Shown piece by piece: positions 24,611 to 31,552 of a stretch of 32,000 nt of DNA (its first letter is position 1; each line of letters opens with the position of its first letter). The stretch lies in the NCBI RefSeq assembly GCF_008065095.1, contig NZ_CP042911.1:7800001-7832000 (forward strand), written 5' to 3'. Under the pieces are notes generated by a model. It was not told the origin of the DNA. It worked only from the letters and a program-made list of their open reading frames with translations, and made no database searches. The DNA comes from Gemmata obscuriglobus. Lineage in GTDB: Bacteria > Planctomycetota > Planctomycetia > Gemmatales > Gemmataceae. The position numbers and the translations under genes are program-made.

Positions 24611-24671
24611 GGGGGGCGTGCGCCCCCCGGCGCGTGGGTCCGTTCGGCCGCGGGGGCGCGCCCCGCGGGCC
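24611..24671 (-). promoter_or_regulatory. Two GC-only stem-loops between the binding-protein gene and livH
   Basis: ggggggcgtgcgcccccc (24611-24628) forms a 7-bp G/C stem. ggccgcgggggcgcgccccgcgggcc (24646-24671) forms about 10 bp with one bulge. They lie in the 95-nt gap after the stop of CDS 24674..25948. This is a candidate intra-operon attenuator or mRNA-stability element. Confidence 0.4.
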
Positions 24672-24673
24672 GG

Positions 24674-25948
24674 CTACTTGGTGACGGTCTTCTTGGGCAC
24701 GAACTTGCCGTTCTCCACGACGCTGATCGTCACCTGCCGCAGGGTGGTGTCGCCGTTGTTGTCGAAGCCCCAGCCCTCGGCCCCGCCCACCGCCCCGGCG
24801 GTGAAGTTCTTGGTCGCGAGCACTTCCTTCAGGATCGCCTCGCGGTCCTTCTTGTTCACCTTCTTGATCGCCTCCAGCACCACCTTCGCGCACTCGTAGC
24901 CGTACAGCGCGAACGCCTCCGGGGCCGTCTTGTACTTCTCCTTGTACCGCTTGACGAACTCGGCCCCCTTGCCGGTCAGCTGCGACGGGTCGAGGCCCAC
25001 GATGCTCACGTAGGCGCGGCCGTTCAGGTTCGCGGCCCCGGCGCTGTCGATGAACGCCTGCTCGTAGCACCCGTCCGGGGCGAGGATCGGGCACGTCAGC
25101 CCCGCGCCGACCATGTCCTTCGCGACCTGCCCGCCCTTGCTCTGGGTGGTGCCGCCGAAGTACACGAGGTCCGGGTTCAGCCCCTTGATCTTGGTCATCA
25201 GCCCGCCGAACTCGATGCTCGTGGTGTTGATGCCCTCGTCGCCGACGATCTCCAGCTTCAGCTCCTCGCACCGCTGGCGGAACAGCTTGGCGAGCCCCTC
25301 GCCGTACAGCTCCTTGTCGTTGAGGATGTAGACCCGCTTGGCCTTCAGCACCTCGGCGGCGAAGTCGGCCGCCAGCGGCCCTTGCAGGTCGTCGGTGGTG
25401 CACACGCGGCAGAAGTTCTTCTTCTTGGCGGGCCGGTACTTCTCCGGCTCGTCCGGGGCGACGCCCTTGATCTTCTTGGTCAGCCCCGGCCAGGTGACGG
25501 CCGGCGAGACCTGCAACAGGCCGGCCTCGTTCAGCTCCGGCATGCTGACCTTGGCCGCGTTCGAGTTGTACGGCCCGATGTACGCCATCACGTCCGGGTC
25601 CGCGACCGCCTTCTGCGCGTTGGCCTTCTCGGTCGGGCCGTCCCACGACCCGGACGCGGCGGTGGCGTCGTCCCAGTCGGAGTACTCGATCTTGAAGTCG
25701 CCGACCTTCCCGCCGTAGTCCTCGATCGCCATCTGGATGCCGTTGACGATCGTGTTCGTTTGCCCCTTGGCGCTGCCGGTGCGCGGCAGGCTGGAGACGA
25801 TGCGGATCACGCCCGGGGTGCCCGGGGCGGCCCCGCCCCCTCCCCCGCCGCCTTTCCCGTCGTCGGTGGAGCCGCCCCCGCCGCACCCGGTGACCAGGGC
25901 GGGCACGGCCGCCGCGGCGGCTGCGCCGAGGAACTTGCGGCGGTTCAT
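24674..25948 (-). CDS. Branched-chain amino acid ABC transporter substrate-binding lipoprotein (LivJ/LivK family), paralog 1
   Basis: Same frame as track ORF 24674..26119. ATG 25948 gives MNRRKFLGAAAAAAVPALVTGCGGGG, with a twin-Arg RRxFL motif, a lipobox VTGC and a Gly-rich linker. An alternative start is ATG 25975. The core, VSSLPRTGSAKGQTNTIVNGIQMAIEDY...GPYNSNAAKVS..., is typical of type I periplasmic binding proteins of the Liv family. Confidence 0.85.
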   Translation of the reverse strand: MNRRKFLGAAAAAAVPALVTGCGGGGSTDDGKGGGGGGGAAPGTPGVIRIVSSLPRTGSAKGQTNTIVNGIQMAIEDYGGKVGDFKIEYSDWDDATAASGSWDGPTEKANAQKAVADPDVMAYIGPYNSNAAKVSMPELNEAGLLQVSPAVTWPGLTKKIKGVAPDEPEKYRPAKKKNFCRVCTTDDLQGPLAADFAAEVLKAKRVYILNDKELYGEGLAKLFRQRCEELKLEIVGDEGINTTSIEFGGLMTKIKGLNPDLVYFGGTTQSKGGQVAKDMVGAGLTCPILAPDGCYEQAFIDSAGAANLNGRAYVSIVGLDPSQLTGKGAEFVKRYKEKYKTAPEAFALYGYECAKVVLEAIKKVNKKDREAILKEVLATKNFTAGAVGGAEGWGFDNNGDTTLRQVTISVVENGKFVPKKTVTK

Positions 25949-26131
25949 GTTCGGCCCGGCTGCGCGGTTTTCCATTTCGGTGAACCTGTGGTGGTGTTTC
26001 GGGGTCCGTATCAAGCCAGAATGTAGGCTCGCGGCCGGCCCGCGTCTAGCGCCATCCCCGGGACCGCGGCCGCCCCGGCCCTGCGGCCCGCCCTCGCGGC
26101 CGCTCGCACCGCGCCTCACGGGCGCGGCCGC

Positions 26132-27334
26132 TCACTTCGTCCCGAGCACCTTTACGGCCCGGAACTCCTTCTTCTCGATCACCGCCACGGTGAGCGGCTG
26201 GAGCGTCGTGTCGCCGTCGGCGTCGAAGCCCCACTTGCCCAGCACGCCCTTGTCGAATTCCTTCGTGGCGGCGACGGCTTTGCGCACCGCCGCGCGGTCC
26301 TTTTTGCCGGCCGTCCGGAGCGCCTCCAGCACCACCGCCGCCGCCTCGTACCCGTACACCGCGACCGCTTCGGGCGCCTTGCCGTACTTCGCCGTGTACC
26401 GCTTCACGAACGCGGCGCCCGCCCCTTTCAGGTGCGCCGGCGCGATCCCGCCGACGGTGACGAACACCTTCATTTCGTCCAGCACGTCGGCCCCGACGGC
26501 CTCGACGAACGCCGGCTCGTAGCACCCGTCCGGGAACAGGAGCGGGCAGTTCACCTTTTCCGCGTGGAGGGCGCGTGCGAGCCGCGGGCCGCCGCTCTGG
26601 CTGGTGCCGCCGAAGTACACAACGTCCGGGTTCGCCGCCCCGATCCGCTTGGCCAGCGCCCGGAAGTCCGCGCCCGGGCCGACGCCCTCGTCGCCCGCCA
26701 CCTTAACCTTCAGCGCCTCGCACCGCGTCTTGAACCCGCCCGCCACGGACGCCCCGTACAGCTCCTTGTCGTTCAGCACGTACACGCTCTTCGCCTTCAA
26801 ATCGTTTGCGGCGAAGTCGGCCGACAGCGGCCCCTGGCTGGCGTCGTGCGGGCACACGCGGAAGAAGGTGATTTCCTTCCCCGGCCGGTAGCGCCCCGGC
26901 TCGTCCGCGTCCGCCCCGGGGGCGCTCTTGGTCAGCCCGGGCCACGACGCCGACGGCGTGACCTGCACCAGCCCGGCGCGGTTCAGGATCGGGGCCGAGA
27001 CCCGGGCGGCGCCGGAGTTGTACGGCCCGATGAACGCCACCACGTCCTTGTCCGCGACGGCCTTCTCCGCGTTGGCCGTCTCCTGATCGGTGTCCCACGC
27101 CCCCGTTTGAGGCGTGGCGTCGTCCAGGTCCTCGTAACTCACGGCGAACGGCACGACCTTCTCGAAGTCCGCGATCGCCATCTTGATGGCGTTCACGATG
27201 CCGTCCGTCTGGCCCTTCGCGCTACCGGTCCGCGGCAGGCTCGACACGAGCTTGACCTTATCCTTCGGCTGGGCCGCGAGGAGCGGGGCGGCGCTCGATG
27301 CGGCAGCGGCGGCGAGGAACGCGCGGCGGTTCAT
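26132..27334 (-). CDS. Branched-chain amino acid ABC transporter substrate-binding protein, paralog 2
   Basis: 400 aa. The N-terminus MNRRAFLAAAAASSAAPLLAAQP has a twin-Arg motif and no lipobox Cys. It is collinear with paralog 1 (VSSLPRTGSAKGQTDGIVNAIKMAIADF, GPYNSGAARVS, VYFGGTSQSGG, YGYEAAAVVLEAL). Confidence 0.88.
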   Translation of the reverse strand: MNRRAFLAAAAASSAAPLLAAQPKDKVKLVSSLPRTGSAKGQTDGIVNAIKMAIADFEKVVPFAVSYEDLDDATPQTGAWDTDQETANAEKAVADKDVVAFIGPYNSGAARVSAPILNRAGLVQVTPSASWPGLTKSAPGADADEPGRYRPGKEITFFRVCPHDASQGPLSADFAANDLKAKSVYVLNDKELYGASVAGGFKTRCEALKVKVAGDEGVGPGADFRALAKRIGAANPDVVYFGGTSQSGGPRLARALHAEKVNCPLLFPDGCYEPAFVEAVGADVLDEMKVFVTVGGIAPAHLKGAGAAFVKRYTAKYGKAPEAVAVYGYEAAAVVLEALRTAGKKDRAAVRKAVAATKEFDKGVLGKWGFDADGDTTLQPLTVAVIEKKEFRAVKVLGTK

Positions 27335-27346
27335 GGAGAGTGTCCG

Positions 27347-27790
27347 TCAAACCGGGACATCGAGCACAAAGGTCACCGGGCCGTCGTTCGCCAGTTCCAC
27401 CAGCATGTCGGCGCAGAACCGCCCGGTCGCGACCGGCACCCCGAGCATCTTCAGTGCCGTCGCGAACGCCTCGTACAGCGGCTCCGCGACCGCGGGCGGG
27501 GCCGCGCCCGTGAAGCTCGGCCGGCGCCCCTTCAGGCAGTCGCCGTACAGCGTGAACTGGCTGACGACCAGCACGCCGCCGCTCACGTCCTGTACGGACA
27601 GGTTCATCTTGCCGGCGGCGTCCTCGAACGCACGCAGGTTGGCGACTTTATCGGCCAGCCAGTCGACCGACTTTTGCGTATCGCCGGGTCCGACCCCGAG
27701 GAGCACCAGCCACCCGCGGGATATTTCGCCGGTCGGTTCGTCGCCGACGGTCACCCGGGCGTGGCGTACACGTTGCAGGACGGCGCGCAT
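27347..27790 (-). CDS. dtd: D-aminoacyl-tRNA deacylase
   Basis: 147 aa. Reads [15 protein letters not shown]...[12 protein letters not shown]...[21 protein letters not shown], with the SQFTL motif and length typical of Dtd. Its stop is 12 nt upstream of the start of binding-protein paralog 2. Confidence 0.9.
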   Translation of the reverse strand: MRAVLQRVRHARVTVGDEPTGEISRGWLVLLGVGPGDTQKSVDWLADKVANLRAFEDAAGKMNLSVQDVSGGVLVVSQFTLYGDCLKGRRPSFTGAAPPAVAEPLYEAFATALKMLGVPVATGRFCADMLVELANDGPVTFVLDVPV

Positions 27791-27900
27791 CGCGGCGACC
27801 TGTGAGGTTGGTGTGGGAGAGGTGTGCAGTTGAGGTTAGCAACCGGGAGCGTCGGCGCCAGCGCCCCCGGGGCAGATTCCGGACGTTTTCCTGCGGGGAT

Positions 27901-28536
27901 TCAGCCCGCGGCGTCGGCCGCGTCTCGTCGCTTGCGTGCCTCGCGGGCTTCGGACACCGGGTCGAGCTTGTGGCGCTCTTCTTCCCGTCGTATCGATTCG
28001 GGGCTCGGGCGCCCGATCATCATCATGCGCCGGGGCGGGGCGAGGTCGTCTTTGCGCCGGACGATCCCCAGATCGACCGCGACACAGTGGCCCTCGTCGG
28101 CGTGCTTCCGCGCTTCCGTGATTGTATCGCAGTAGTGAACGGTCTCACCGCATTGCGCGCAATACCGGACGGTCGGCTCACCGGTCGGGGTCATTTCATC
28201 CCAGCCCTGATCGCACACGAACCGGAACAGACCGCCGCGGCGGAGACCGGCACGTGCCGGTCCCGGCGCTTTTGCCGGGCACCCTTCGACCTTCAGGCTG
28301 CTCACCACCCCGAGCCACTCCGGCGGCAGCGCCGCGGCCAGCGGTTGCAGCTCGGCCTGCTGGTGTTCGTTGGTGCGCCCACTCTGGCGGAACCGGACCG
28401 TGAGCCGCAGGAACCGGGCCTTGGCGGCGCTCTCCGGGTCGCCCCGCTCGGTGAGCCAGTCGGCGTACACGAGCCGCGTCGTGTCGTCGGCGGGGGCTTC
28501 GAGCAGTTTGCCGAGAAAGCCAGCTTCGTCGCTCAT
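27901..28536 (-). CDS. TIGR02996-type N-terminal domain protein with Cys-rich middle domain, paralog A
   Basis: Same frame as track ORF 27901..28740. ATG 28536 is preceded by ggagac. MSDEAGFLGKLLEAPADDTTRLVYADWLTERGDPESAAKARFLRL matches the Gemmata repeat-companion domain (TIGR02996), from memory. It is followed by LPPEWLGVV, VEGC, FVCDQGWDEM...VRYCAQCGETVHYCDT...GHCVAV and a charged tail. 211 aa. Confidence 0.75.
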   Translation of the reverse strand: MSDEAGFLGKLLEAPADDTTRLVYADWLTERGDPESAAKARFLRLTVRFRQSGRTNEHQQAELQPLAAALPPEWLGVVSSLKVEGCPAKAPGPARAGLRRGGLFRFVCDQGWDEMTPTGEPTVRYCAQCGETVHYCDTITEARKHADEGHCVAVDLGIVRRKDDLAPPRRMMMIGRPSPESIRREEERHKLDPVSEAREARKRRDAADAAG

Positions 28537-28580
28537 CGAGAGGTCTCCGTTTGAGTGGCGGCGTGGGCGCGCCGGCGGCG

Positions 28581-29138
28581 TCAGATCAGCCCCGGCGCGC
28601 CGAGGGTGAGCATCTTCGAAGCGATGTCCAGGTCGCCCGTTTCGCGCTCCTCCGCCGGGCTGACGGCGATGCAGTTCCCGAACTTCGCCTGTGCCCGGGC
28701 CGCCTCCATGGTGTCGCAGTAGCGGACGGACTTCTGGCACCGTTCGCAGTGCCGCACGCGGGCGTCCCCGGTGGGGCGCAGTTCATCCCACCGCTGGTCA
28801 CAAATGAAGTTGAACCGCACCCCGAGCCGCTGGAACTCGGCTTCGGCGTTCGGGCGCCCCGAGGGCTTGGCCGCGGGGTCGGCGCAGCGCTCGACCGGAA
28901 CCTTGCTCGCGACCGCGACCCACTCCGGCGGCAGCCCGTGTGCGAGGTCGCGCAGTTCCGTTGGGTGATTCGCTCCCTCGTTCGTTCCAGCGAGTCGCAC
29001 GCTGGCCCGCAGGAAGTGCGCCTTCGTCTGGCTCTCGGGATCGCCGCGCTCGTCGAGCCAATCCGCGAGCACCAGGCGCGTGGTGTCGTCGGCCGGAGCG
29101 TCGAGCAGCGCGCGCAGGAAGCCGGCTTCGTCGTTCAT
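28581..29138 (-). CDS. TIGR02996-type N-terminal domain protein with Cys-rich middle domain, paralog B
   Basis: Same frame as track ORF 28581..29948. ATG 29138 is preceded by ggagac. Reads MNDEAGFLRALLDAPADDTTRLVLADWLDERGDPESQTKAHFLRA, then LPPEWVAVA, VERC and FICDQRWDEL...VRHCERCQKSVRYCDT...GNCIAV. 185 aa. Confidence 0.75.
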   Translation of the reverse strand: MNDEAGFLRALLDAPADDTTRLVLADWLDERGDPESQTKAHFLRASVRLAGTNEGANHPTELRDLAHGLPPEWVAVASKVPVERCADPAAKPSGRPNAEAEFQRLGVRFNFICDQRWDELRPTGDARVRHCERCQKSVRYCDTMEAARAQAKFGNCIAVSPAEERETGDLDIASKMLTLGAPGLI

Positions 29139-29203
29139 GGGGTCGTCTCCGCATTCAGGCTCGAGAAACACGGACGCCCTTTGGGGGCGCCCCTCGGCGG
29201 CGG

Positions 29204-29866
29204 CTATTCCAGTTCCTCCCAGTTCTCGCGTTCGATGCGGCGGGGCCGCCGGTTCTGCCGACGGGGCGGGGCCGGCCGGGGCGGTTCGCGTGCCTCCTCC
29301 GCGCCCGGGTGCGGCGGGTCCGGCCGCGGCCCGTTCCCGTTCCGCGACAGGCGCTTGCGCTCGAGCAGCGCCGGCCGCTCCCAGCACGCGTTCCAGAGCA
29401 GCCGGCTCGGCGGGATGTCGCCGGGCTCGCGCACCACCCCGAGTGAGACGACGACCGGGCTCCGGGCGCGCACGTGGGGCTGCGCGTCCGCGAGGGAGCG
29501 GACGTAGTGAACCGTTTTCAGACAGGAGCCGCACGTCCGGGCGTTCAGCTCGCTCGGGACCAGCCGGGACCAGGCGCCGGGGCACTCCTGGTCCAGACGC
29601 CCCCGGCAGTTCTCGACCGGCGGGCGACTGACGACCGCCAGCCAGTCGGGGTTCAGCCCCGCGGCCAGTTGCCGGAGGTGCGCAGTCAGGGCGGGGTAAT
29701 CGTCGACCGGTTCGGTGGCGAGGCGCGTTTCGAGGCGGATGAACTCCGCCTTCGCCCGGCACCCCGGGTCGGACTGCTCGTCGAGCCAGTCGGCGTAGGC
29801 GAGGCGGGTGGTGTCCTCGGCGGGCGCCAGGCCGATCGCGGCGAGGAAGCCGGCTTCTTCGTCCAT
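29204..29866 (-). CDS. TIGR02996-type N-terminal domain protein with Cys-rich middle domain, paralog C
   Basis: Same frame as track ORF 29204..29908. ATG 29866 is preceded by ggagcc. Reads MDEEAGFLAAIGLAPAEDTTRLAYADWLDEQSDPGCRAKAEFIRL, then LNPDWLAVV, VENC, QECPGAWSRL...ARTCGSCLKTVHYV and a long Pro/Arg-rich tail. 220 aa. Confidence 0.7.
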   Translation of the reverse strand: MDEEAGFLAAIGLAPAEDTTRLAYADWLDEQSDPGCRAKAEFIRLETRLATEPVDDYPALTAHLRQLAAGLNPDWLAVVSRPPVENCRGRLDQECPGAWSRLVPSELNARTCGSCLKTVHYVRSLADAQPHVRARSPVVVSLGVVREPGDIPPSRLLWNACWERPALLERKRLSRNGNGPRPDPPHPGAEEAREPPRPAPPRRQNRRPRRIERENWEELE

Positions 29867-30037
29867 CAAGGCTCCGGGTCGTGAGACACGGGACACCCGG
29901 ACGGACACGCGCCCCGCCGAACCGGTTCGCTCCCGGGCGCGCGCACAACCGACAACGCGGCTCGGCCCGCGTGCATTCGATGTGGTCGATTCGGCGTCAC
30001 GCGGGGCGGGCGGTCGACTCGGATTTCGCTCCGGGCG

Positions 30038-30399
30038 TCACGCGTCCCCGTCGGTGCCGTCGAGGTGCAGGTGCGGGCTCACCCCCTGGCCGCCCCGCAG
30101 CTCGATCACCCGGTCGGCGCGCCCCTGCGTCAGCAGGGCGGTCAGGTCCACGCCCAGCTCCTTGAGCCGCCCCAGGTGCGCCCGCTGCCGCTCGTCGGCC
30201 CGGGCCCGCACCTCCTGCTCCGACTCCGCGTCCCGCCGCCGCTGCTCGCGCTGGGACGCGCGCTCCGCCTCCTTCTGGGTCCGCTCGGCCTCCTGGCGCG
30301 TGCGCGTCAGGTCGATCTCGGTGTCCACCTCGATCGCCTGCTCGGTCCGCCGGCGCGCAGTTCATCGCATGCAGCGGCCGTCGAAGCGGCGCAGGCTGG
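30038..30399 (-). pseudogene. 3' fragment of a coiled-coil protein gene, truncated at the AT-rich junction
   Basis: The frame is open from 30361 down to the stop at 30038: TARRRTEQAIEVDTEIDLTRTRQEAERTQKEAERASQREQRRRDAESEQEVRARADERQRAHLGRLKELGVDLTALLTQGRADRVIELRGGQG... The only start is a GTG at 30328 (the track's 96-aa ORF). Another 38 nt of GC-rich, coding-like sequence in a different frame (SLRRFDGRCMR, then a stop) continues up to the composition break near 30400. There is no SD or promoter-like context. Confidence 0.4.
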
Positions 30400-30640
30400 T
30401 TAGTTATACAACAATCAATAAATGCATTAATAGTGTTTTGATATGTAAATTCTTTGTTATTTGCGGCGGAGCGTGCAGCGCCGGAAATTACGAAAAAACG
30501 TTGACAGACACGGGTGAACGGGACTAACATTCGCCATCGCGTTAATAATGACGAAGTCGCAGGGGATGATTCCAGCAGTGTATATTTATAGATAGGTTGT
30601 TACTTTGATATGTTATATTTTTGTATTAACATGAGTTAAT
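30400..30640. other. Abrupt AT-rich non-coding block (composition break)
   Basis: By hand count, 30400-30463 contains 13 G+C in 64 nt, next to flanks that are mostly G+C. It contains runs such as tatatttatagataggttgttactttgatatgttatatttttgtattaacat. Sigma70-like hexamers TTGACA (30501-30506) and TTGATA (30605-30610) are each followed by TAACAT at an 18- or 16-nt spacing. Confidence 0.7.
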
Positions 30641-30643
30641 TTG

Positions 30644-31081
30644 ATGATTTCGCACGCGAAATGGGCGGTTGTTGCCAAATGGGCACTCTTGACGGGTCTG
30701 TTGGCCGGGGGCGGATACGCCGGCGTCGCTGGCGTGTTGCAGGTGGCTGGCAAGCGCACTCCGGCCGGCCTGTCCGTGACAACCCCCGAGTTCGATCTCG
30801 GCGAGCACAAAGCGGGGCACGTCGCAAAAGTCAGCGTGCAACTTGTCAACGACTCTCCAGCTCCGGCCCGGGTACTCGGCGTTTACAAGGACTGCACCTG
30901 CTTGATGGTTGATGCCCCCTTTCCCGTTGAGATCCCGGCAGGGGGGGCAATCACGATACCAGTGGAGGTGGTCTTCCCGGCCGCCCCCGGGCCGTTCGTC
31001 AGTAAGCTGGCGTTTTTCACCGACGAGCAACACATTCGGCAACTGCGGGTCAAACTGGTCGGCGTAACTTCCCGCGGTTGA
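30644..31081 (+). CDS. Membrane-anchored DUF1573 domain protein (tentative)
   Basis: The track ORF 30641..31081 starts at TTG, and an ATG follows at 30644. One N-terminal TM (WAVVAKWALLTGLLAGGGYAGVAGV) is followed by a segment of about 100 aa: FDLGEHKAGHVAKVSVQLVNDSPAPARVLGVYKDCTCLMV...IPAGGAITIPVEV...GPFVSKLAFFTDE. This follows the DUF1573 pattern (F-D-F-G, x-F-x-V-x-N-x-G, C-x-C, I-x-P-G). Confidence 0.6.
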   Translation: MISHAKWAVVAKWALLTGLLAGGGYAGVAGVLQVAGKRTPAGLSVTTPEFDLGEHKAGHVAKVSVQLVNDSPAPARVLGVYKDCTCLMVDAPFPVEIPAGGAITIPVEVVFPAAPGPFVSKLAFFTDEQHIRQLRVKLVGVTSRG

Positions 31082-31196
31082 CCGCTCGGAAACACACCCG
31101 GGAAGAGGTTATTTGAGAACAACCCTGCTCCAGCCGCGCACTTCCCGGGCGTGTGCAAACATCGTGCGCAGGCGGTGGGGTTGAGGAGGTCTGAGG

Positions 31197-31466
31197 ATGA
31201 GCAACACGCTGAACCGGATCGCGGCCAAGGCCCTCTGCACCCTGTCGGTGGCCATGTTAACCTTCGCCGGCATCTTGGCCGCCGGTGGGTTCGTTCGCGC
31301 GGACGATCCTGTTCCCGTTCCTGTTGAGGACTACGCGGCCCCTTGCCTCTTAGCCTCTTGCCGGGTCGACCAGAACGGCAACTATCAGGTCGGCAAATCG
31401 TGCACTGGTCACATCATCGGCTCATGCACCTGTTACCAAGTCCTTGGCGTGTACGACTGTCAGTAA
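31197..31466 (+). CDS. Small secreted cysteine-rich peptide precursor (89 aa, about 52-aa mature part with 6 Cys)
   Basis: A strong SD, gaggagg, lies 7 nt upstream of ATG 31197. Signal peptide MSNTLNRIAAKALCTLSVAMLTFAGILAAGGFVRA. The mature part is DDPVPVPVEDYAAPCLLASCRVDQNGNYQVGKSCTGHIIGSCTCYQVLGVYDCQ. It is followed 8 nt later by the hairpin 31475-31501. Confidence 0.6.
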   Translation: MSNTLNRIAAKALCTLSVAMLTFAGILAAGGFVRADDPVPVPVEDYAAPCLLASCRVDQNGNYQVGKSCTGHIIGSCTCYQVLGVYDCQ

Positions 31467-31474
31467 CCTCTGGT

Positions 31475-31501
31475 AGCCACCGGGCGCACCGCCCGGTGGC
31501 T
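31475..31501 (+). terminator. Stem-loop immediately after the small peptide gene
   Basis: agccaccgggc (31475-31485) pairs with gcccggtggct (31491-31501), a perfect 11-bp stem with the 5-nt loop gcacc. No strong U-tract follows (cgggtcaaactcgtctgttctg). Confidence 0.5.
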
Positions 31502-31552
31502 CGGGTCAAACTCGTCTGTTCTGCCGTAACAATCCCGAGTGAATGCTCCCCG

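Noticed and set aside
21374-27805. Series of long + strand ORFs (21374..22759, 22516..23736, 24587..26026, 26432..27805) opposite the liv operon
   Set aside because: All are antisense shadows of genes with unambiguous ABC-transporter or binding-protein motifs, and all are Arg/Pro/Gly/His-rich low-complexity translations.
30038-30361. Assigning the coiled-coil fragment to the flotillin/SPFH or major-vault-protein families
   Set aside because: Only a vague resemblance of the C-terminal tail, from memory. Coiled-coil composition produces spurious similarity, so this is left as an unassigned fragment pending a database search.
30501-30632. Specific sigma70-type promoters (TTGACA-N18-TAACAT at 30501-30530 and TTGATA-N16-TAACAT at 30605-30632) for the DUF1573 gene
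   Set aside because: Hexamer matches in a very AT-rich block are expected by chance, and planctomycete promoter consensus is poorly defined. They are noted in the feature evidence but not called as promoters. The second would imply a nearly leaderless mRNA, which is unverified.
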